From: a virus
Lineage: Duplodnaviria > Heunggongvirae > Uroviricota > Caudoviricetes
Virus record (IMG/VR): IMGVR_UViG_2837719392_000001
Length of the DNA stretch: 15,147 nucleotides
Direction: 5' to 3' (one strand)
How positions within the stretch are numbered: the stretch's first letter is position 1; every line of letters begins with the position of its first letter. The notes under the pieces are model-generated. The model worked only from the letters and a program-made list of their open reading frames with translations, searched no databases and was not told where the DNA came from. The translations under genes and the position numbers were made by a program. Below are positions 1 to 7,538 of the stretch, in pieces.

Positions 1-20
1 CCTCCTTTTCATTTCTCCAT

Positions 21-50
21 AAAAAAAGAGATGGTAGCCCATCTCCTTTT
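21..50. terminator. Intrinsic terminator-like hairpin; strongest on the minus strand (U7), possibly bidirectional
   Basis: GAGATGG(28-34)/CCATCTC(39-45) stem, A7 at 21-27 and TTTT at 47-50. Confidence 0.6.
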
Positions 51-69
51 CGATATATTATACAATTTA

Positions 70-99
70 AGTATACCATGAAAGGGTGCATTTTGACAA
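70..99 (-). promoter_or_regulatory. sigmaA-type promoter firing leftward
   Basis: Minus strand TTGTCA-18-TATACT with TG extended -10. A GAAAAGGAGG SD lies at positions 10-1 for a gene beyond the window edge. Confidence 0.55.
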
Positions 100-121
100 A
101 AAACAGTTAAAGTGATATGAT
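93..121 (+). promoter_or_regulatory. sigmaA promoter for ORF 148
   Basis: TTGACA(93-98)-17 nt-TATGAT(116-121) with TG extended -10; its -35 overlaps the divergent promoter. Confidence 0.75.
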
Positions 122-147
122 TTTGATTATAGAAAGGATTTTATAAT

Positions 148-978
148 ATGATAGAAAAATATATATTTGAAGATATCAATACCTTAACTTACGGTCATAT
201 AAAAGGATATGAAAAAATGATAGAAAAGATAGGTGCAGACTATCTGGAAGAACATGACTATAAGGTAGCCAATATCTATTCGATGTTAAAACAAGATAAA
301 GATAATTTTCAAAAAATAGCACCTGAGTGCTTCAGCTATGGGGCAAGAAGAACTCATTTACTTCCAAATAAATATCTTATGATGATGACAGCAGTACAGA
401 TTGTAGAAACGCTAAAGCTTTATAAGGAGAACAATCTATTTGATATCCATGTACTAGAAAAGTGGAAAGAAGTCTTACATGATGATAAGAAGTCTAAAAC
501 TTTATTAGATAGAATGATAAAAAGACAGTATAAAATGAAAAAGAATAGTCTTTATTTAAAGCCCTACGAATTTTATGAGGAAACGAACTTGATTAGTGTC
601 AAGGATGTGACGACATGTCTTTTCCCATATTTATGTATACAAAGAAATCTGGTCAAGAAAGAAAAGCTGGAAAGATATTTTGAAAAGGACGTTTTCCTAA
701 GTGATAAACTTATGGATTATAAAAAGGTTCTAGAAAGAATCAATGAATTGTATACAGGGTCAGCATTTGAACAGATTCAGGAAATGTGTACGCTCAAAGA
801 ATGCGAAAGAATTATCTTTTTGGAATATTATGAGCAATATGGATGGAATGATGAAATTCTAAGATGGCTGATTACACTTTTTGAATCCAGAGAAAAAGTG
901 AATGAAATGCCTTGCATAAAGGGAAATCCAACTATTTTTTACGTAAATGATGTGAGAAATTTCATAAAACAATTATAA
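148..978 (+). CDS. Hypothetical protein, 276 aa
   Basis: Long ORF, AGAAAGGA RBS, consensus promoter upstream; no recognisable motif. Confidence 0.85.
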   Translation: MIEKYIFEDINTLTYGHIKGYEKMIEKIGADYLEEHDYKVANIYSMLKQDKDNFQKIAPECFSYGARRTHLLPNKYLMMMTAVQIVETLKLYKENNLFDIHVLEKWKEVLHDDKKSKTLLDRMIKRQYKMKKNSLYLKPYEFYEETNLISVKDVTTCLFPYLCIQRNLVKKEKLERYFEKDVFLSDKLMDYKKVLERINELYTGSAFEQIQEMCTLKECERIIFLEYYEQYGWNDEILRWLITLFESREKVNEMPCIKGNPTIFYVNDVRNFIKQL

Positions 979-1033
979 GCCCAATTTATGATAAAATAAT
1001 AGAGAAGTCGCTTTTTAGCGGGAGGGGAGGATA

Positions 1034-1522
1034 TTGAAAGTTTCTCGCATTTTTCTGGCTTTGATGTGCGCAGGAATGCTTGTAGGATGTACAGACTATA
1101 GTTTGCCAAAAGTGGCACCAGGAAATCCACAGATAATCAGAGTATCAGAACCGGATTCCAAGATGATGTTGACGCAATCAGCGACATCCATTTTGACAGC
1201 CTGTTCATCTCTGAATTCTCAATTGCTTGTGTATCTGGAGGATACAGTCAAACCTACAACAGAAATGAAGACATCGTTGGAAAATGGTATCAATACGGCA
1301 CTTGATTCCATTACACAGACAAAAGATGAATTAAATGCTGTTCATGTGGCAACAAGTTGTCAGGACAAACAAAAAAGCATTGTTACATTAGCTAATAGCA
1401 TGATAAAGACATTGAACTCGATGCTACAAGCTATTGATGAAAATAACTTTACTGAATTGAAGCAATTACAGACTCAATTCAATAATGACGCAACACAAAT
1501 GCAGTCATATTCAATTAATTAG
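1034..1522 (+). CDS. Lipoprotein, helical-bundle type, 162 aa (TTG start)
   Basis: GGAGG RBS, basic N-terminus, hydrophobic core, lipobox LVGC, amphipathic helices. Confidence 0.85.
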   Translation: MKVSRIFLALMCAGMLVGCTDYSLPKVAPGNPQIIRVSEPDSKMMLTQSATSILTACSSLNSQLLVYLEDTVKPTTEMKTSLENGINTALDSITQTKDELNAVHVATSCQDKQKSIVTLANSMIKTLNSMLQAIDENNFTELKQLQTQFNNDATQMQSYSIN

Positions 1523-1534
1523 AAAGGACAAGGT

Positions 1535-2215
1535 ATGAAAGAATTAAAAAAAATGACAATGGAAGAATTATCCTTCCTGTCAAAAGAAGAAATGGAACAA
1601 ATACCACCACAAGATTTCGGCGTTTTTGTAAATGCTGAAAGTCGATATAGGCTTGATGCCTTGACTTGGGAAACGTGGGACAAGTTGACCTATTCTCAGT
1701 TAAGTCATATGAGCGCAAATGTATTTTCCCTATTAAAGGAAGATATCATTCAAAGGTTAATAGACAAATTCAAAGACAATCAGGAAGTTGTCATAATCAA
1801 TAAAAATATTAATGGAAAGACAGTTCCAGTCCAGGTACTATTAGTTTTTACTCTGGAAAGAGCGAAAGAATTAAATAAAGAAATGAAGAAAATGATAAAC
1901 GAATCGTTTCAGATATATCAAAAACATAAAGGGAAAAATGTTGAAGATATACCTGAATCAGATATCATGGAGATATTGATGCTAAAGAGGGTAGATGAGG
2001 AGACAATCCAACTGCTCAAACAGTTTGATACTTTGCCATATTTGCCATATCTGGTACAACCCAAATATATACTACATAAATTCCAGCTGAACAAGTATCA
2101 TAAAATTGTGAAGGAATATTTGCGTAGTCATCCTGAGCAATTCGTTGGGTATAGAATACAGAAGCATACCTATTATAGATATGAAGATATTATCAAAGTA
2201 TTAGCAACTCAATAA
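1535..2215 (+). CDS. Hypothetical protein, 226 aa
   Basis: AGAAAGGA RBS, tightly spaced after the lipoprotein gene, followed by a terminator. Confidence 0.85.
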   Translation: MKELKKMTMEELSFLSKEEMEQIPPQDFGVFVNAESRYRLDALTWETWDKLTYSQLSHMSANVFSLLKEDIIQRLIDKFKDNQEVVIINKNINGKTVPVQVLLVFTLERAKELNKEMKKMINESFQIYQKHKGKNVEDIPESDIMEILMLKRVDEETIQLLKQFDTLPYLPYLVQPKYILHKFQLNKYHKIVKEYLRSHPEQFVGYRIQKHTYYRYEDIIKVLATQ

Positions 2216-2233
2216 TCTATCTCATTGTTTTTG

Positions 2234-2259
2234 AAGGGACTTTTTGAAGTCTCTTTTTT
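2234..2259 (+). terminator. Intrinsic terminator
   Basis: AAGGGACTT/AAGTCTCTT stem followed by a T-run, just after the stop at 2215. Confidence 0.6.
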
Positions 2260-2292
2260 GTCTATCATATTTTAGAGGAGGTAGATAGAGAA

Positions 2293-2994
2293 ATGAGTAA
2301 TTTTGCATATGTTGGAGGAGTTGTCAAAGCTCCTGTTTATTTTGACAATGATTATTTATGCATAGATTTAGATATTTATAGAGCCGAATTGAAGAAATCG
2401 GAAGTTCTAACAGTCAAAACCAAAAATCCATTTGCCATCACAAAAGCAACGGATAAAGTACATGAAGGGCAGTATTTCATGACGACTGATGCAAAATTAA
2501 AGACTATACCATACATAAGAGTGAAGGAGTTAGAATGTTCAGAATGCTTTTATGTAAAGAGTCAGAAAGTAAGAAGTGAAAGAACGGAAGTCGTTTTTGA
2601 AGATTTTACGGTCATGAACATTGATAATCCAGAAATGGCATATGGAATCAATAAAGTCTTTCTGGACGGGAATGTTTGTTCTCCATTGAATTACAGGGAA
2701 AAGGATGGGAAAGCTTACTGCAAGTATAAGATGGCTGTCAATGATACTGTCTATGATTCAGTAGCCGAGTATCCTTATATTGTTGCATTTGGGAAAGACG
2801 CGGAATTATCCAATAAGTATTTAAAAGAAAAGTCTCGTGTCTTTGTTGAAGGAAGTATACAGGAAAGAGTCATAAAACAGACTTCACATTTTATTTGTCC
2901 TGATTGTGGAACAGAAGCAGATAAAAAGATACCGAATATCGTAAGAGAGGTCATTGTAAGCAATGTATTGTTTCTTAATAAGGAAAAAGAATAG
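2293..2994 (+). CDS. ssb: Single-stranded DNA-binding protein-like, two OB folds each with a CxxC insertion
   Basis: The C-terminal half matches the SSB pattern (NKVFLDGNV...YCKYKMAVN...IVAFGKDAE...KSRVFVEGSIQER). The N-terminal half has a parallel pattern. GAGGAGG RBS. Confidence 0.75.
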   Translation: MSNFAYVGGVVKAPVYFDNDYLCIDLDIYRAELKKSEVLTVKTKNPFAITKATDKVHEGQYFMTTDAKLKTIPYIRVKELECSECFYVKSQKVRSERTEVVFEDFTVMNIDNPEMAYGINKVFLDGNVCSPLNYREKDGKAYCKYKMAVNDTVYDSVAEYPYIVAFGKDAELSNKYLKEKSRVFVEGSIQERVIKQTSHFICPDCGTEADKKIPNIVREVIVSNVLFLNKEKE

Positions 2995-3005
2995 AGGTGC
3001 ATTGT

Positions 3006-3758
3006 ATGTTTAAAAAAAATGAAGACTGGAATATTTGGGAAGAAGAGGATGTGATTGAAGAACCCAAAGAAAATGCAAACAAAAAAGACAAGAAAAAAAG
3101 AAAGCTATTGAAAAGAAACAAGAAAACCGAGAAAAAGGAAGAAGAAGTATGGGACGAAAGTGGAGAGATAGACTATTTAAGTGAAGATAGTGATGCCATC
3201 TATTCAAAGGATGATGAAGTCAGATACAGCAAAAAGAAGATTGCTATCTTTTCTATCATTGTCGTATTGATAGGACTATTTGGAATAGGTTATTTCAATA
3301 CGGATTTTGATGAAAATAATAAGGCATATGTTGTCAGCTATGACCTTCACTATGAAAGAAAATATGTAGAAAAGGCAGATGACCTTTATAATTATTGTTT
3401 GAATTTAGAAGAGGAATTAAAAACGATTATTCCAGCCCTTGCATCAAATAGCCTTGAAACAACGAATGAAGTTCAAAAAATCCTTCAAACACTCAATGCA
3501 AAAACTGACAATGTATCTCGCTATACAGAAGTCCCACAGATTATGGCAAACTACAATGATAATCTCATCAGTTTTGCCATGTCTACAGAAACCATGCTGG
3601 AAACAATGCTTGGAAATTATACATCCAGCGATTATATGGCGTGGGCTGAAAGTGCATATAATGATTTTGTTGACTCACTGAATACTTTAAAATATTTAAG
3701 AAGTCAGATTGACTTTGTTATATATAGAAATGTATATGGAGGTGAAGAGAATGAATAA
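3006..3758 (+). CDS. Single-pass membrane protein: charged cytoplasmic N-terminus, helical extracellular domain
   Basis: AGAGG RBS before ATG 3006; K/E/D-rich N-terminus; TM segment IAIFSIIVVLIGLFGIGYF; overlaps the next gene by 8 nt. Confidence 0.85.
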   Translation: MFKKNEDWNIWEEEDVIEEPKENANKKDKKKRKLLKRNKKTEKKEEEVWDESGEIDYLSEDSDAIYSKDDEVRYSKKKIAIFSIIVVLIGLFGIGYFNTDFDENNKAYVVSYDLHYERKYVEKADDLYNYCLNLEEELKTIIPALASNSLETTNEVQKILQTLNAKTDNVSRYTEVPQIMANYNDNLISFAMSTETMLETMLGNYTSSDYMAWAESAYNDFVDSLNTLKYLRSQIDFVIYRNVYGGEENE

Positions 3759-4965
3759 TGATTCCCTTATCATGCAATACGATGCACAGATTAATAGGAT
3801 TGAAAAAGAATATAGAGAAGCTCAATCAAGGGCAAAGAGTCTAAGAAAAAACCTCGAAACAATCGCTGAAAAAACCTGCAATTTTAAATATGCTATCAAA
3901 CAACTGGGTGGCCCTAATGAAATCTTCAAGATGAGTGATGGCCAGTTAAGAGATTTCATCATTACCAATATCATAGAGCAGAAGCAGGAATTTATGCAGA
4001 ATATTCGAGAATTACAGCAATTATATCTGGAATGTCAAAGAGAAAATCAGGAATTGGCTTCTAAGGTGTTGTCGCTTCAGGAAGCATTGGAGAGAAATGA
4101 GGGAAATAATAAAATCTTGCATGCATCTACACCACCTCCTCCAACATTTTCAAATAGTGAAGAGCCTTCTCAGGATAAAGCAGTGGTAGACGACAAGCTG
4201 ATTATGGGAGGAGAAGTGTATGATATTGCAAGAGTTGTTCAAAGACTCACAGTATACCAGGAAGAAATCGTCAAAGTCATGGGAGAAAAGGGTTATTCGG
4301 AAACTGCCGAGATTTTTGGTGAGGTTATGAAAAGGATTGATATTCAGGAAACAACACTGAAGAATGAGATGAGAAACCTTTCTGAAAAGCTTGTTGTAGA
4401 GAGTGAATCCATTTCAACATTTCTAAGAAGAAACCTATCGCTGTATAGATTAACGCAACTTGGAGAAGCAGTCTATAAACGATTAACAGAAAAAACTCCT
4501 GTTAAAGCTCAAAGGGATAAATTGGAATCACAGCATTCAACGCTTGAACATGCCTATCTCATAAAAGATACTGCGAGTATCCTTGAAACTTTAGGTTATA
4601 CAAATGTCACATATGATTCAAAAGACAATCAGATTCAGGTTGCGGGTGGTAACAGATATGTCCCAGATATCAGTGCCGATTTTTCTCCTACAGTCAAGAC
4701 TTACTGGGAATGCGAATTAGGACATCATAAAGATGCAGACTTTTTTGAAAAGTTACAGAAAGCAGCAAAGGTGACTGATACGCTTTATGTCATTACTCCA
4801 CGTAAGGAAGTATCTGATAAAATGAAAAAACAGATTGGTAGATATAAGGCTTCAGTTGTGACAAAACAGATGAAAACGCAGTTGATAGTTTTTGTAGGGA
4901 CAATCAGTCAATTGAAGACAAGACAGTTGTTCTCTAATAAGGATTGTCAAATAAAAATAGGGTAG
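3751..4965 (+). CDS. Coiled-coil + winged helix + PD-(D/E)xK-like domain protein, replication-relaxation-family-like, 404 aa
   Basis: GGAGGTG RBS before ATG 3751; heptad coiled coil; PPPP linker; wHTH ending LYRLTQLG; then EH...VPDIS...YWECELG...EKLQKA. The family call is pattern-based. Confidence 0.6.
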   Translation: MNNDSLIMQYDAQINRIEKEYREAQSRAKSLRKNLETIAEKTCNFKYAIKQLGGPNEIFKMSDGQLRDFIITNIIEQKQEFMQNIRELQQLYLECQRENQELASKVLSLQEALERNEGNNKILHASTPPPPTFSNSEEPSQDKAVVDDKLIMGGEVYDIARVVQRLTVYQEEIVKVMGEKGYSETAEIFGEVMKRIDIQETTLKNEMRNLSEKLVVESESISTFLRRNLSLYRLTQLGEAVYKRLTEKTPVKAQRDKLESQHSTLEHAYLIKDTASILETLGYTNVTYDSKDNQIQVAGGNRYVPDISADFSPTVKTYWECELGHHKDADFFEKLQKAAKVTDTLYVITPRKEVSDKMKKQIGRYKASVVTKQMKTQLIVFVGTISQLKTRQLFSNKDCQIKIG

Positions 4966-4994
4966 TTATTCTAAAAGAATGACTATCCTTTTTT
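4959..4994 (+). terminator. Intrinsic terminator of the left gene cluster
   Basis: 14-bp stem 4959-4972/4976-4989 (2 G-U) followed by a T-run. Confidence 0.85.
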
Positions 4995-5000
4995 GTATAG

Positions 5001-5023
5001 AAAAAAAGCCACATAAGTGGCTC
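5001..5023 (-). terminator. Intrinsic terminator of the minus-strand operon
   Basis: AGCCAC/GTGGCT stem with A7 on the plus strand (U7 on minus). Confidence 0.75.
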
Positions 5024-5038
5024 TTAAAAAGTGTCTAT

Positions 5039-5569
5039 CTATGGAATATTGTTTATAATCTCGCTATTTTCATCATACAATTGAAAATTATTAGCAGAAG
5101 GGTTATTGCTTCCATCTATCAAGTAGATATCTAATATATATTCATTGTTTAGTTCATTAGTATATGATTTGTTTTGATTTTCAAAAGAGTATTTGATAGC
5201 TTTTACGTTGTTTTTACCATATACAACAATTATACTTCTCTCGTTTTCGAGATAATTAAAAGTATCAATATCCTGCGACGAGTCAGAACTTCCATAAAAA
5301 TTGTATTTTGTTGAAAATAAATCATGATTTTCTTCGTATATCACAAGATGACATTCAGCAGCATTGTCCTGATATAGAACGAAATAAAGGTCATCTTTAT
5401 ATTTTATTTTCTCAATAGACTCGAAATTTTTATCTCTTTGAGAAATGTCCTGAATCAAGAAGGGTAAAAAATCCTGAGAACGAGATAATATAACCACCCA
5501 TAAAAGTGAAAGAACAAGTATTCCACTTAAAAATATATAAAATAAATGAATCCTTTTCATCTTACTCAT
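5039..5569 (-). CDS. Membrane-anchored hypothetical protein, 176 aa
   Basis: N-terminal TM helix, beta-rich C-terminal domain; overlaps the VanZ stop. Confidence 0.8.
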   Translation of the reverse strand: MSKMKRIHLFYIFLSGILVLSLLWVVILSRSQDFLPFLIQDISQRDKNFESIEKIKYKDDLYFVLYQDNAAECHLVIYEENHDLFSTKYNFYGSSDSSQDIDTFNYLENERSIIVVYGKNNVKAIKYSFENQNKSYTNELNNEYILDIYLIDGSNNPSANNFQLYDENSEIINNIP

Positions 5570-6101
5570 TATTTGCTATCTGATTATATAAGCTTTGCAC
5601 CTTTGGATATAGACAATGTATTGGATAATAAATCAATATTCCTATACATATACTGATGAGATGAATGATGATATCACCGAAATCATATACATACTGCACA
5701 TATAAAGTTAAAAAATTAATAAGTAACTGTAAATTTTCTATACCAAATATAATAGCAACAGAAATCAAAATTGTATTTTTAAGTGGAAATTCTTTTCTTA
5801 ATATAAATCCAAATGGAATAAATAATACAAAATGGAAAAGAGTGTATTCGGGTAGTAACTCCAATTTTAATATAGGATGATAGAAATCAACAGCCCACCT
5901 TAATTCTTCTCCAAAATGATAATTTTCTCCAGGATTTAAAACAAAAGGGAAAAATAAGACACTAATGACAAATGATATATATATTCCCACAAATCCTGAA
6001 TAAAGTAATGAATAATTTTTAAAAAAGTAAAGAAAAGAGAATATAATTATTGCAATCACAATAAACAAAGGTATAGGAAATTGAATGATGTTCGAATCCA
6101 T
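5562..6101 (-). CDS. VanZ-family membrane protein
   Basis: Multi-TM; HFVLFIPFGF and IENLQ motifs and a terminal D..DI segment typical of VanZ-like proteins; GGAG RBS before ATG 6101. Confidence 0.75.
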   Translation of the reverse strand: MDSNIIQFPIPLFIVIAIIIFSFLYFFKNYSLLYSGFVGIYISFVISVLFFPFVLNPGENYHFGEELRWAVDFYHPILKLELLPEYTLFHFVLFIPFGFILRKEFPLKNTILISVAIIFGIENLQLLINFLTLYVQYVYDFGDIIIHLISICIGILIYYPIHCLYPKVQSLYNQIANNE

Positions 6102-6102
6102 T

Positions 6103-6544
6103 TTAATCTCCAAAAATCACTCTTATTTGCCCATAGACTTTTCTACCAGAATATATATCTGCATAAGAGCTAGTAAGTCTAATAGAATATTTACCAGAAG
6201 GTAATTCACCCCCAGCTTACAAATTTTCCAGAAGTCATCGCAACTGTTTTCTCTTTACCTGTTCTAGTTCCATCTCTAACGAGCTCAAAAGTCATTGTTT
6301 CTTTTGGCATATTTGTATCTGGATATAATGTAATACTAATGCCACCTTTATTTGGAACATAACTACTAATACTAGCAGGAGTTTCATAATAATTACTAAA
6401 ACTATAGGAATATGTAACAGTATTAGCAGTACGTGTACTTATGTTTGGTTGCTGACTAGAAGAAACATTTTCTAAAGCATAAGTATTAGAAATCATACCA
6501 AAAGATAATAAACATGCTAAACATGCACAAACTATTTTTTTCAT
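6103..6544 (-). pseudogene. Secreted beta-rich protein (~146 aa) interrupted by a +1 G in a G5 run
   Basis: Sec signal peptide and AAGGAG RBS. The ORF stops at 6206 right after GGGGG (C5 at 6209-6213). Removing one G extends it (..WGELPSGKYSIRLTSS..GQIRVIFGD*) to TAA 6105-6103, 1 nt before the VanZ ATG. Confidence 0.7.
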
Positions 6545-6587
6545 ATTATATTTCTCCTTAATATTTGTAATTTACGGCCGCAAATGT

Positions 6588-6617
6588 ATTTTATCACGTA
6601 ATACATGCTAAATGTAA
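6588..6617 (-). promoter_or_regulatory. Promoter of the minus operon with an overlapping inverted repeat
   Basis: TTACAT-18-TAAAAT with TG extension; ATGTATT(6584-6590)/AATACAT(6600-6606) inverted repeat overlaps the -10. Confidence 0.45.
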
Positions 6618-6703
6618 TAAACTTTTTTAAAGATTATGTTAAGATAATGTAAATAGAGAAGAGAACCTTGAAAACGACATTTAGGAAATAAACAAATTAT
6701 ATA

Positions 6704-6732
6704 TTGAAAAATTTAGGAAAATATGTTATAAT
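6704..6732 (+). promoter_or_regulatory. Strong sigmaA promoter at the head of the non-coding region
   Basis: TTGAAA(6704-6709)-17 nt-TATAAT(6727-6732) with TG extended -10; no ORF with an RBS follows. Confidence 0.8.
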
Positions 6733-6738
6733 AACAAA

Positions 6739-6875
6739 TGAAAGAAAGGAAGTGTACCAATATTAATTTATTTTAATTAAAACAGCTTTAGAATCTGCCA
6801 TATAACAATTAAAGCTAAAAAATATGTTATGAATCAAGGTACACTATGACTTCTTTTATAGAAGTCTTTTTCTTT
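6739..6875 (+). ncRNA. ~135-nt structured small RNA or attenuator leader
   Basis: Bracketed by the promoter and a terminator (GACTTCT/AGAAGTC + TTTTTCTTT, 6848-6875). Stems AGTGTACC(6751-6758)/GGTACACT(6838-6845) and AGCTTTA(6784-6790)/TAAAGCT(6810-6816). Confidence 0.55.
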
Positions 6876-6892
6876 ATCAATTTTATAAAGGT

Positions 6893-6992
6893 TTCATTCA
6901 CACCTGGAGATAGTGTTTCTCAATTTATCTGTCTGGAAAGGAGGATTAAAGACAAGACAGGAGATGAAGTGAATGGGGTTTTATCAGCCCAC
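6893..6992 (+). ncRNA. Structured RNA element (long imperfect hairpin), possibly a 5' part of the downstream large RNA
   Basis: TTCATTCAC/GTGAATGGG, TTTATCT/AGATGAA and CTGTCT/AGACAG nested pairings; loop contains GGAAAGGAGG. Confidence 0.35.
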
Positions 6993-7039
6993 ATAGAATT
7001 TGTAATCTGCGGAAAAACTTATGCCTGTATTGTATAATT

Positions 7040-7530
7040 TCTGGCTCCCAGGACATTATATAGTGCAGGGTTAACATAAGGGCAAGACCAATGAGATACA
7101 ACCAACCTCCATCATGTCTAAAGTTGGTTTCTATGAAAATCGATACTGATATTCTAGTTGCTATTGGTGTATAGGATGTTGAGCTCGTAAACCCTCAAAG
7201 CCTAGATGGCGAGGTGGATAAGATATCCTATATTGTTAAAGTCTAGATAATGCCTGGTGAGTTCTACCATGTGATATTTATATTGCTAAAATGACGGCGT
7301 GGAAGATGGTACCAGCAGACGAGGGAGGTCTGGACTGGTAGGGGGCAGTTCCCTTTTTGAAGGTGTTTTGGAAACCCATGGAAGCATGGCAAAAGTCATG
7401 TAACTGTAACTGAGAAAACCTCGCGACGACTGACCGACCGACGGAATACTCAATCCCTAGATGAGATAGTTTATCTATCTCCGTGTTTGATAGACCAATG
7501 CGTCTAGTCAAACCCTAGGGGGATTTTTTT
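7040..7530 (+). ncRNA. Large ornate non-coding RNA, probably ROOL class (boundaries approximate)
   Basis: ~43% GC by hand count in a ~30% GC window, with no credible ORF. Many helices and long-range pairings (7170-7179/7223-7232; 7209-7215/7418-7424; 7311-7320/7328-7339) and a 3' multibranch domain ending in a T-run. Motif order resembles ROOL sequences as I recall them; not verified by alignment. Confidence 0.6.
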
Positions 7531-7538
7531 ATTTACAA

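Noticed and set aside
6846-7037. 63-aa plus-strand ORF
   Set aside because: No SD, begins inside the terminator hairpin, and has no protein-like features.
7278-7511. 77-aa minus-strand ORF
   Set aside because: No RBS, atypical composition, and antisense to the structured RNA; likely a by-product of locally higher GC.
6739-7530. GOLLD RNA as the identity of the whole region
   Set aside because: The length would fit, but an internal terminator interrupts it, no tRNA genes are nearby and I could not see GOLLD 3'-domain motifs. Not excluded without cmscan.
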